Assembly: GCA_963822445.1 (NCBI GenBank)
Contig: CAWGHO010000001.1
Location: 1,088,001-1,152,000, forward strand
Direction of reading: 5' to 3'
DNA from: an uncultured Acidobacteriota bacterium
Lineage (GTDB): Bacteria > Acidobacteriota > Thermoanaerobaculia > Gp7-AA8
Length of the DNA: 64,000 nt
In this document: positions 38,854-49,500 of the stretch, one piece after another
How the letters are laid out: the number at the start of each line of letters is the position of its first letter
Position numbering within the stretch: position 1 is the first letter of the stretch
Position numbers and translations under genes: made by a program
Notes under the pieces: model-generated
Databases searched by the model: none
What the model was told of the DNA's origin: nothing
The model's input: the letters and a program-made list of their open reading frames with translations, nothing else

Positions 38854-39788
38854 CTCGCACCTGCTTTTCGTTCCTGAGCCGCTTTTTCCCGTTCCGCGGC
38901 CCGCTCCTCGCGACGCCGGTTCGCATCTTCCTTCAGACGCAGAGCAATGGCACGGCCGGTATCGGTCGTGGCCAATCCGCCTTCCGCCGTCTCGCGCAGG
39001 CCGCGCGGCAGTGATCGTCCGATGCGCACCATCGCTTCGACGATTTCGTCCATCGGAATGACTGACTCCACGCCCGCCAGCGCGAGCTGAGCGGCGGTAA
39101 GTCCGTGCACGGCGAACAGCGCATTGCGTTTGACGCACGGCACTTCGACGAGGCCGCCGACCGGGTCGCAGACCAGGCCGAGGGTGTTCTTGAGGGCCAT
39201 GGCCGCGGCGTGGATCGCTTGTTTCGTGTTGCCGCCCATCATGTAGGCGACGCCTGCGGCGCCCATCGCCGAGGCGACGCCGACTTCGTTCTGGCAGCCG
39301 CCCGCGGCGCCGGAGATGTTCGCGGAGAGGGCAATGATCGATCCGACTCCACCGGCGACGACGAGTGCGCGAACGGTCTTTTCCGGATCGACGTGGCGCT
39401 CTTCCTCGAGCGCGAGCAGCATCCCGGGAACGACTCCGCCCGCCCCCGCCGTCGGCGCGGCTACGATGACGCCCATGCGGGAGTTCTCTCCCATCACCGC
39501 CAGCGCGTAAATCTCGGCTTTCACGGTGAGCGGATCGAGAAAAACCCGCCCTTCGACCAGAGCCTGATGCAGGAGCCGCGCTTCATTGCCGACCAGCCGC
39601 CCCATCGACTCGCCGCCGCTCTGCGTTCCGCGCTCCACACAGTCGCGCATGACCGCCCGGCGTTTGCGGAGCGCCTCCACGATCTGCTCGCCAGGAATCG
39701 CATGCTCCTGCTCGTCGGCCTCGAGGAAGACGTCGGCGAGGTCACGGTCAGCGGCGAGTTGTTCGAGTTGTTTGAAGGATTCGATCAT
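38850..39788 (-). CDS. sdaAA: L-serine dehydratase, Fe-S dependent, alpha subunit
   Basis: AAPTAG, GGCQNEVG and GLVCDPVGGLVEVPCVKRN. Confidence 0.93.
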   Translation of the reverse strand: MIESFKQLEQLAADRDLADVFLEADEQEHAIPGEQIVEALRKRRAVMRDCVERGTQSGGESMGRLVGNEARLLHQALVEGRVFLDPLTVKAEIYALAVMGENSRMGVIVAAPTAGAGGVVPGMLLALEEERHVDPEKTVRALVVAGGVGSIIALSANISGAAGGCQNEVGVASAMGAAGVAYMMGGNTKQAIHAAAMALKNTLGLVCDPVGGLVEVPCVKRNALFAVHGLTAAQLALAGVESVIPMDEIVEAMVRIGRSLPRGLRETAEGGLATTDTGRAIALRLKEDANRRREERAAEREKAAQERKAGAS

Positions 39789-39798
39789 CGGTTTCTCA

Positions 39799-39911
39799 AG
39801 TTTATCCCGCGCGAAGACGCGGGATCTCTACGTGCACGAACGAGCGCCGTGCAACAGGCTATTTCGTCGCGGTATGACCGGGAGATCCCGCGTCTGCGCG
39901 CGGGATAAACT
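39799..39911. mobile_element. Non-autonomous, internally deleted copy of the GIY-YIG element
   Basis: Same 28-bp inverted repeats (one mismatch on the right) and shared subterminal sequence, with no ORF. Confidence 0.7.
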
Positions 39912-39919
39912 GGAGAACC

Positions 39920-40603
39920 TCACGGAATCCGATCCAGATACCGCGCGTCCGCCACATCCTCCATCGAGCAGACCCGCTTCAGCGCGGCGTCGGAGATCGG
40001 GGAGTCGACGTCGATCTGCATGAAGGCGTCCTTGCCCCGCTGTTTGCGCGAGCAGTAAAGCGAGGCGATGTTGATGCCTTCCTCGGCGATGATCTTCGTG
40101 ACCTCGGAGATCATCCCCGGGCGGTCGCGGTAGAACAGCAGCAGCGTCGGCGAATCGCCTTTGAAACGGGTCTGGAAGCCGTTGATCTTGAAGACCTCGA
40201 TCACTCCGCCGCCGATCGACGAGCCCATGATCTCCGCCTCGCGGTTCGGGCCTTTGATCTCGATGCGCACCGTGTTCGGGTGCACTTCGCCGAGGTCCTC
40301 GTCGGAAAAGGTGATGTTGACGTCCATCTGCTCGGCGATGCGGATCGCCTCGGGGATCCGGGGGTCGTCGACATTCAGGCCGATCGAGCCGCCGACCAGG
40401 GCGAAGTCCGATCCATGGCCGCGATAGGTCGCGGCGAGCGGCGGATGGAGGAAAAAGTGAACGTCCACCGGGTCTTCGTTGAGGATCTCCCGGGCCACCC
40501 GGCCCAGGCGCGCGGTCCCCGCGGTATGGGAGCTCGACGGTCCCACCATCACCGGTCCCATGACGTCCAGAATGCTCACTTTTCGATCGTGTCGAACGGC
40601 CAT
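39920..40603 (-). CDS. sdaAB: L-serine dehydratase beta subunit with ACT domain
   Basis: GPVMVGPSSSHTAG, HPNT, SIGGG and DRPGMI. Confidence 0.93.
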   Translation of the reverse strand: MAVRHDRKVSILDVMGPVMVGPSSSHTAGTARLGRVAREILNEDPVDVHFFLHPPLAATYRGHGSDFALVGGSIGLNVDDPRIPEAIRIAEQMDVNITFSDEDLGEVHPNTVRIEIKGPNREAEIMGSSIGGGVIEVFKINGFQTRFKGDSPTLLLFYRDRPGMISEVTKIIAEEGINIASLYCSRKQRGKDAFMQIDVDSPISDAALKRVCSMEDVADARYLDRIP

Positions 40604-40668
40604 TTGCGCAGTCTAATCCCCGTCCCTTTACACGTACTGCAACAAGCTTCTACACTCCCAGCCCGTCC

Positions 40669-41040
40669 ATGTCCCCACGGCCGCTCATCCTCGTCGTCGA
40701 TGACGATGTTCCGATTCTGGTGCTCATGCGCAATCTTTTGCGCGAGTTCGGATTCGACGCGCTGACCGCCGGCAGCGGTCCGGAGGCCATCGAGCAGGCC
40801 CGTGCGCACAATCCGAGCCTGATCCTGCTCGACCGCAACATGCCCGGCATGAGCGGCGACGAAGTCCTCAAGGAACTGCGCTCGGATGGCGGGTCGGGCG
40901 TGCCCGTGCTCATCCTCAGCGGCGAGCCGATCGAGCCGGATGAGGTCAAGCGCATCGGCGCGACCGCGGCGGTGCTCAAGCCCTTCGACGTGCCCGCCCT
41001 CGTGCAGACGATCCGCTCGTACACCGCACCGTCGTCCTGA
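40669..41040 (+). CDS. Single-domain response regulator
   Basis: LVVDDD, DRNMPGMSG and KPF. Confidence 0.9.
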   Translation: MSPRPLILVVDDDVPILVLMRNLLREFGFDALTAGSGPEAIEQARAHNPSLILLDRNMPGMSGDEVLKELRSDGGSGVPVLILSGEPIEPDEVKRIGATAAVLKPFDVPALVQTIRSYTAPSS

Positions 41041-41069
41041 CACCAGTTTTGCTACAGTCCCGCCTCGCC

Positions 41070-42434
41070 ATGATTCACACCGACGCGCGCTCTCTCTCCG
41101 ACGCCTCCATCGACGATCTCGCCTACACGGCGGTCTTCAGCAGCAACGCCGAAGCGAAGGCCGAGGCTCGAAAGCAGATCCATCTTCGGGCGCGGCAGGC
41201 CGGCGCCGTCTCTTCCTCGATCTACCCGCTCTACCAGGCCCTCGGCCGCAACGAGATCGCCCAGAAATTCACGGTTCCCGCGTTCAACATCCGCGCGCTG
41301 ACTTACGACGTCGCCCGCGCCCTCTTCCGCGCGGCCATGCGCCACAAAGTCGGGCCGTTCATCTTCGAGATCGCCCGTTCCGAGATCGGCTACACCGAGC
41401 AGCGCCCCGGCGAGTACGCGGCGTGCGTTCTCGCGGCCGCGCTGGCCGAGGGATACAAAGGACCGGTCTTCATCCAGGGAGATCACTTCCAGGCCAGCGC
41501 GAAGAAGTGGGCCACCGAAGATGGGAAAAAGTCGGAGGTCAAGGCCCTCGAGTCGCTGATCGACGAGGCCATCGCCGCGGAGTTCTACAACATCGACATC
41601 GACACCTCGACGCTGGTCGATCTCGACTTCCCCACGCGCGACGAACAGCAGCGCGAGAACTACACCTACACCGCGCACTTCACGAAGTACATCCGCGAAC
41701 GGCAGCCGAAAGGCATCCACATTTCCATCGGCGGCGAGATCGGCGAAGTCGGCAAGTACAACACCCAGCCGGACGAGGTCCGCGCGTACATCGACGGCGT
41801 GAAGCGCGCCCTCGGCGGCGACCCGGGCATGGCCAAGATCTCCGTGCAGACCGGGACGTCGCACGGCGGCGTTCCGATGGCCGATGGCTCGATTGCCGAG
41901 GCAAAGATCGATTTCGCGGTGCTGCGCGAGACCACGAGAATCTGCCGCACCGAGTACGCCATCGCCGGCTCAGTGCAGCATGGCGCGTCGACCTTGCCCG
42001 AGGAAGTGTTCAACCGCTTCCCGGAGAACGACGCGGTGGAGATCCATCTCGCGACCGGGTTCCAGAACATGATCCTCGACGCGGAGACGCTCCCCGCGGA
42101 GATGAAGCAGGAGATCCGCGAGTTCTGCTTCGCCAACTGCGCCGACGAGCGCAAAGAGGGTGAGACCGACGAGCAGTTCGTCTACAAGACCCGCAAAAAG
42201 GCGATCGGCCCGTTCAAACAGCGGATGTGGGAACTGCCCGATTCAGCGAAGCAGCCGATCATCGACGCCATCGAGAAGAAGTTCGAGTTCCTGATGGACA
42301 AGCTCGGCGTCTACGACACGCGGAACCTGATCACGAAGTACGTGCCGGTCACGAGCACTGAGCTTCCCGAGTACGCGGCCGCGTCTGCAGAGCTGACGGC
42401 GGCTGCGCTCGTCGATCCGAATGAAGGGGAGTAG
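41070..42434 (+). CDS. Class II fructose-bisphosphate aldolase family protein
   Basis: VPAFN, QGDH, GEIGEVG, GTSHGG and QHGAS. Confidence 0.88.
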   Translation: MIHTDARSLSDASIDDLAYTAVFSSNAEAKAEARKQIHLRARQAGAVSSSIYPLYQALGRNEIAQKFTVPAFNIRALTYDVARALFRAAMRHKVGPFIFEIARSEIGYTEQRPGEYAACVLAAALAEGYKGPVFIQGDHFQASAKKWATEDGKKSEVKALESLIDEAIAAEFYNIDIDTSTLVDLDFPTRDEQQRENYTYTAHFTKYIRERQPKGIHISIGGEIGEVGKYNTQPDEVRAYIDGVKRALGGDPGMAKISVQTGTSHGGVPMADGSIAEAKIDFAVLRETTRICRTEYAIAGSVQHGASTLPEEVFNRFPENDAVEIHLATGFQNMILDAETLPAEMKQEIREFCFANCADERKEGETDEQFVYKTRKKAIGPFKQRMWELPDSAKQPIIDAIEKKFEFLMDKLGVYDTRNLITKYVPVTSTELPEYAAASAELTAAALVDPNEGE

Positions 42435-43329
42435 CGGCCACGGTATTGCGGCGGCGCTCGATCTCCACCCGATTCCGTCCGTTCGCTTTGGCGCGGTAGA
42501 GAGCCTGATCGGCGGCGCGGTACAGATCGTCCGCGTTCCCGACGTTGAAGTGCGGAACGCTGGCGAGGCCGATGCTGACCGTGACCTGGTGCTCCTGCGC
42601 GCCCATCGGAATCAGCGCGGTCGCGATCGTGGCGCGCAGCTTCTCGGCGAACTGCAACCCTTCGAATAAGGCCGTCTCCGGGAGCAGCACGGCGAACTCC
42701 TCGCCGCCGACGCGCGCGGCGTAATCAGTCTGGCGCGAGTGGGCAGCGATGAGCTCCGCGACGCCGCGCAGGATGGCGTCGCCGGCGTCGTGGCCGAAGT
42801 TGTCGTTCACGGCCTTGAAGTGATCGACGTCGATGACCGCCAGCGAAAGCGGCCGGTCGTAGCGGCGGGCATGGGCGAGCGCGGCCGGAAGATGCTCGTC
42901 GAAGGCGCGCCGGTTCCGGAGCGAAGTCAGCGCGTCGGTCATCGACAGCTCCTGAAGCTGCTTCTGCAAGGCCACGATGCGAGCGCCGGCGCGGATCCGC
43001 GCTTCGAGCTCGTCGAGCTTGAAGGGCTTGGTCACGTAGTCATCGGCTCCGCGCGCGAATCCGTCGAGCTTCGATTCATCGCGGTCGTCGCCGGTGAGAA
43101 CGATCAGGTACGAGTGCGGTTTGGCGGACCGGAGCTCGGCGCAGAGGTCGAGGCCGTCGCCGTCCGGAAGATGGCGATCGAGCAGCGCAATGTCCCAGTC
43201 TTCGATTTCGCGCGCGGCGGCCAGCGTCGTGGCCGGCCGCACGAGGTAGCCGGACCGCTCGAGACGACGGGAGAGCATGAGGACGACCGTGCGGTCATCC
43301 TCGACGAGGAGGATCTTTGTTGGGCTCAA
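42349..43329 (-). CDS. Receiver-GGDEF diguanylate cyclase
   Basis: REC domain, DVDHFKAVND, RQTD I-site and GGEEF. Confidence 0.92.
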   Translation of the reverse strand: MSPTKILLVEDDRTVVLMLSRRLERSGYLVRPATTLAAAREIEDWDIALLDRHLPDGDGLDLCAELRSAKPHSYLIVLTGDDRDESKLDGFARGADDYVTKPFKLDELEARIRAGARIVALQKQLQELSMTDALTSLRNRRAFDEHLPAALAHARRYDRPLSLAVIDVDHFKAVNDNFGHDAGDAILRGVAELIAAHSRQTDYAARVGGEEFAVLLPETALFEGLQFAEKLRATIATALIPMGAQEHQVTVSIGLASVPHFNVGNADDLYRAADQALYRAKANGRNRVEIERRRNTVAATPLHSDRRAQPPSALQTRPRTREAQCS

Positions 43330-43508
43330 GTGCTACAAATAACAATGCTTACCGTCCTGAATTCCGGATGTTCTGTCGGCGAAGGAGGGCAGAATCGGCG
43401 GCGAAAACGAGCCCAGCCGCAGACGTTTGAATTTGCTAGGTAGGCATCCGCCTCTCTGCGATAATCGCCGCTCCCAAAACCGCCCCTTCCCACGCCAGGA
43501 GATTCCTA

Positions 43509-46500
43509 ATGCACCGTTCCGCGTCGATTTTGCGCACGCTTGCGCTGTTTGCCGTTCTCGCCGTTGCCTCCGTCGCACAGGCGGTCTCGACCACCATGGT
43601 GATCAGTCAGTTTCAGGTCGCGGGAGGTACGGCCGCGGACGAGTTCGTCGAGCTGCACAACGTCAGCGGCAGCCCGATCGATCTGAACGGCTACCGGGTC
43701 GTCTACCGCTCGGCGGCCGGCGTCAGCGATGTCGCGGTGATCAACTGGACGACGACCACAACCGTCCCCGCCGGTGGCTACTACCTGATCGTGCACGCCA
43801 CCGGGTACGACAACGGCGTGACGGTTCCGGGCGACATCACGTTCCCCGGCGGCGGTACGGGCACGTTTGCGGCGGCCGGAGGCGGCTTTGCCTTGCGGCA
43901 GGGAGCTGCCAACACCGGCACCATCATCGATTCGGTCGGGTACGGCACGGCCACCAACGCGTTCGTGGAGTCGACCGTTGAGCCGGCGCCGGCGGCGAAC
44001 CAGAGCGCCGCGCGGCTGAATAGCGGCTGCACGGATACCGACAACAATGCGAATGATTTCGCGGTCCTCAATCCGGCCGTGCCGCGCAACTCCGGCACGA
44101 CGGCGTTCCTCTGCGCGCCGCCGCTTCCCAGCCTGACGATCGACAACGTCGGCGTCACAGAAGGGAACGCCGGCACGGTCGCGGCGATATTCACCGTGCA
44201 ACTGAGCGCGCCGGCCGGTCCCGGCGGTGTGACGTTCGACATCGCCACCGCGGACGGCACGGCCACCATCGCTGACAACGACTACGTCACCAAGTCGCTG
44301 ACTGGAGAGACGATCGCCGCTGGCAACAACAGCTACTCATTCACGGTCGACGTGAACGGCGACGTCGCCATCGAGAACACCGAGACCTTCTTCGTGAACG
44401 TCACCAACGTCGTCGGCGCGACCGTCGGCGACGGCCAGGGCCAGGGCACGATCACCAACGACGACTCGCCCACCCTCTCCATCGACGACGTCTCCCTGAA
44501 CGAGACCGATGCCGGCACGACCACCTTCACCTTCACGGTCTCGCTCTCGCAGGCGGCCGGCGCGGGCGGGGTCACGTTCGACGTCGCCACCGCGGACGGC
44601 ACGGCCACGGCCGGCACCGACTACGTCGAGATCACCACCACTCCGATGACCATCACCGTGGGCAACACGTCCGCGGTCGTCAACGTCACGGTCAACGGCG
44701 ACACGACCTTCGAGCCGGGCGAGACGTTCCTGGTCAACATCACCAACGTCACCGGCGCGACGGTCAACGACGGCCAGGGCCAGGGAACGATCGTCAACGA
44801 CGACATCAGCGTTTCCATCAACAGCGTTTCGAAAGCCGAAGGAAACGCCGGTACGACGATCTACAACTTCGTCGTCACCTTCAGCGAAGCACCTGGAGCC
44901 CGGACCGTCACCTTCGACATCGCCACCGCCGACGTGACCGCCACCGCGGGCACAGACTATGTCGCCAACGCCGCGACCGGAGTCAGCCTCACCGGCGCCA
45001 CCACCACCTACGCCTTCGACGTCACTGCCAACGGCGACGGCACATTCGAGCCGACGGAGACGTTCGCCGTAAACGTCACCAACATCACCGGCGGCAGCGC
45101 CCCTGACGGCACCACCAGCACCAGCGGCACCGGCACGATCACCAACGACGACGCCGCGCCCACCTTCGCCATCGACGACGTGAAGGTCATCGAGGGCAAC
45201 GCCGGCACGAGCCTGATGACCTTCACGGTCACGCTCGCCAGCGCATCGACCAACCCCTCGTCGGTCGACTACCTCACCTCCGACATCAGCGCGACCGTGG
45301 CCGACAGCGACTACGTCACCGCGAGCGGCACGCTCAACTTCGCCGCGGGAGACGTCTCCGAAACGTTCACCGTCACGATCAACGGCGACACCAACATCGA
45401 GGGCGACGAGGACTTCCTGGTCACGCTCTCGAACCCGGTCGGCGCCACGATCGCGGACAGCACGGGCCTCGGCGTGATCGGCATCGACGACGCGTTCAGC
45501 ATCGCTGCCGTCAATACGCCTTTCACCCAGAACTTCGATGTCCTCTCGGCCGATGACACGGCCGGCGTCCGCGCCGCCACCACGCCCGCCGCCTGGACGT
45601 TCGACGAGAACGGCACCGGCGTGAACGTGACCTACCGCCCGAGCGACGGCTCTTCCAACACCGGCAATGCCGGCGACACCTACAGCCTCGGCAGCACCGG
45701 CTCGTCCGACCGCGCATTCGGCGCGCTCGCCAGCAACGCCGTGCAGGCCACCCTCGGCGGCTACTTCCGCAACGACACCGGCGAAACCATCACCACCCTC
45801 TCCATCGCCTACACCGGCGAGCAGTGGCGTCTCGGCACCGCCGACGCGATCGCCGACCGCCTCGACTTCGCGTACAGCACCGACGCAACGACGCTCGACA
45901 GCGGGACGTGGACCGAGGTCAATTCGCTCGACTTCACCAGCCCCACCGCGACGCCCGCGGGTCCGCTCGATGGCAACGCCGTCGCCAATCGCACCCCCGT
46001 CGGTTACACGATCGCCGGCCTGTCGCTCGCCCCGGGCGCGACGATCTGGCTGCGCTGGGTCGATCCGAACATCAGCGGCAACGACGACTCCCTCGGCATC
46101 GACGACTTCTCGATCATCGCCAACATCGCCGGCGGCGTGCTGACCATCGACGACGTCACCCTCGTCGAAGGCGACGGCGTGGGCACCGTCAACTTCGTCT
46201 TCACGGTCTCCCTCACCCAGCCCGCGGGTCCCGGCGGCGTCAGCTTCGACATCACCACCGCCGACAACACCGCCACGGCGGGATCGGATTACGTCACCAA
46301 CACCCTGACCGGCCAGGTCATCCCCGAGGGACAGAGCACCTACCAGTTCACGGTCGTGGTGAACAGCGATGACACGGAGGAGCCCAGCGAGACCTTCTTC
46401 GTCAACGTCACCAACGTCGGAGGGGCGACGCTCAGCGACGGCCAGGGCATCGGCACGATCGCCAGCGACGACTTCACCTTCACCCGCATTCACACGATCC

Positions 46501-49500
46501 AGGGCAGCGGCCTGCAGTCGCCGCTCAACGGCTCCACCGTCACCGTCGAAGGCATCGTCACCGGCATCAAGTCCGGCGGCAGCGGCGGCTTCTTCGTGCA
46601 GGAACAGGTCGCCGACTACGACGTCGACCCGCTCACTTCCGAAGGCATCTTCGTCTTCACCGGCGGCTCGAATCCGCCGTCCGTCGTGATCGGCAACCTC
46701 GTCGCCGTCACCGGCACGGTCAGCGAGTTCCCCTCCTCGGCGAACCCGCACACGGTCACCGAGCTCGCGGGCACGGTCTCCGTCGACCTGCTTTCCGGCG
46801 TGCAGCAACCGCTTCCCGCCGCGGTCGTGCTCACGACTGCCGACGGCGCGCCGAGCAGCAATCTTTCGCAGTACGAGGCCTACGAAGGCATGCGCGTCTC
46901 CGCGACACTCACCGTCGTCGCGCCGACCGACGGCTCCATCGACGAGAACGACGCCACCTCGAGCAGCAACGGCGTCTTCTACGGCGTGATCGCCGGCAAC
47001 CCGCGGCCGTTCCGCGAGCCGGGCATCGAGCAGACCTACACCATTCCGCCGGAGGCCGCCTGCGCGGCCTGCATCGACCGCTTCGACGAGAACCCGGAGA
47101 AGATCCGCGTCGACAGCGACAACCAGCCCGGCGCCACGCAGCTCAACGTCGTCGCCGGCCAGACCGTCTCGAACCTGGTCGGACCGCTGGACTACGGGTT
47201 CTTCGAATACACGCTGCTGCCCGAGGCCGAGACGGTGCCGATCGTCTCCGGCGACAGCACCGCCGACCCGGTTCCGACGCCGCTCCTGACCGAGCTGACG
47301 GTTGCCGGCTTCAACCTGTTCCACTTCTTCGACAACGCCGATGATCCGGACGTCAGCGACGTCGTCCTGACCGTGACCGCGTACAACAACCGGTTGAACA
47401 AGGCCTCGCTGGCCATCCGCAACATCCTTCAGACGCCGGACGTGATCGGCGTGATCGAAGTCGACAACGTCAACACGCTGCAGGCACTGGCCACCAAGAT
47501 CAACACCGACACTGCCGGCGTCACGAACTACTTCGCCTACCTCGAGGAAGGAAACGACGTCGGCGGCATCGATGTCGGCTTCCTCGTCGATCTGAACCGC
47601 GTGACCGTGCAGGCTGTCACCCAGATCGGCAAGGACACGACCTGGATCAATCCGCACACCGGCCTGCAGGATTCGTCGGAGCTGAACGACCGGCCGTCGC
47701 TGGTCCTGGAAGCTTCCATCGTCCGCCCCGACCTCACGCAGTACGAGTTCGTGGTCATCGTGAACCACCTCCGCTCGCTCATCGGCATCGAAGAGGACAG
47801 TTCCGGCGGCCGCCGCGTCCGCGCGAAACGCGCCGCGCAGGCCGAGTTCCTGGCCAGCTACGTTCAGGGCCGTCAGGTCGCCGATCCGACCGAGCGGATC
47901 ATCCTCGTCGGCGACTTCAACGCCTTCGAAGTGAACGACGGCTTCGTCGACGTCATGGGCACGATCAAGGGATCGCCCGCTCCCGCGACCGAGGTCGTCG
48001 AGCCGACCGACGATCTGGTGAACCCCAATCTGACCAACCTCATCGAGACGTTGCCTGCCGATCAGCGCTACACCTACGTTTTCGACGGCAACGCTCAGGC
48101 AATCGATCACGCGCTCGTGAACGCGGCCATGCTGCCTTCGGTCTCGCAGTTCGTCGTCGCGCACCTCGACGCCGACTTCCCGGTCATCTTCTACGGCGAT
48201 TCCGCCCGTCCGGAGCGGCTCGCCGATCACGACGCGACGGTTTCGTACTTCGACCTCACCCCGCTGCCGCAGATCTCCATCGGCGATACCTCGGTGACGG
48301 AAGGCCAGTCGGGCACGACCGTGATGACTTTCACCGTCACGCTCAGCGACCCGGCGGCCACGACGGTGACCGTCGACTACACCACCGCGAACGGTACGGC
48401 CACGGCCGGCTCCGATTACACCGCGGAGAGCGGCACGGTGACGTTCGTGCCCGGCGACCAGTCCGAGACCATCACCATCGACGTGAGCGGCGACCTGCTG
48501 CTCGAGACCGACGAGACTCTCACCGTCACGCTGAGCAACGCATCCGTCACGGCGATGATCAACGACGGCACGGCCACGGGCACGATCCTCAACGATGACG
48601 TCCCGTCGGGCATCTCCATCGCGGACAACTCCGTCGCTGAAGGCAACTCCGGCACGACCCCGTTGACGTTCACCGTCACGCTGGCCAACCCGGTTCCGCA
48701 GACGGTGACGGTCGACTACACGACGTCGAACGGCACGGCCACGGCCGGCTCGGATTACGTCGCCGAGAGCGGCACGATCACCTTCCTGGCGAACGATCAG
48801 TCCGAGACCATCACCATCGACGTGAACGGCGACCTGCTCCTCGAGAGCGACGAGACGTTCACCATCACGTTGAGCAACCCCTCCCCCACGGCCACGCTCA
48901 CCGACGGATCGGCCACCGGAACCATCACCAATGACGACGTGGCCTCGGGCATCGTCATCGGCGACGTCTCCCAGGCCGAAGGCAATGCCGGCACGACCGC
49001 GATGACGTTCACCGTCACCCTGGCCAACCCGGTTCCGGAGCCGGTGGTCCTCAACTACACGACCTCCAACGGAACGGCCATCGCCGGAACGGACTACGTT
49101 GCGGAAAGCGGCACCATCACCTTCGTCGCGAACGACCAGTCCGAGACGATCACTATCGACATCAACGGCGACACCGATTTCGAAGCCGATGAGACCTTCA
49201 CGGTGACGCTGAGCAATGCGCCGCCGACCACGGTCATCAACGACGGCACGGCCACCGGCACGATCCTCAACGATGACGTGCCCTCGGGCATGTTCATCAG
49301 CGACTCCTCGGCCACGGAGACCAATGCCGGAACGACGACGATGACCTTCACCGTTTCGCTGGCAAACCCGGTCGGCTCGACGGTGACCGTGGACTACACG
49401 ACGTCGGACGGAACGGCCACCGCCGGTTCGGATTACGTCGCCCAGAGCGGCACGCTGACGTTCGTGGCCGGCGACCAGTCGGAGCAGATCGTGATCACCG

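Noticed and set aside
42349-42434. 86-nt convergent overlap of the aldolase and diguanylate cyclase genes
   Set aside because: The cyclase tail beyond the GGDEF domain looks like a non-conserved run-on, which is common in GC-rich genomes.
33542-48230. Very long antisense ORFs (943 aa at 33542-36373, 1297 aa at 44337-48230 and others)
   Set aside because: They are shadow frames of real high-GC genes and have no recognisable motifs.
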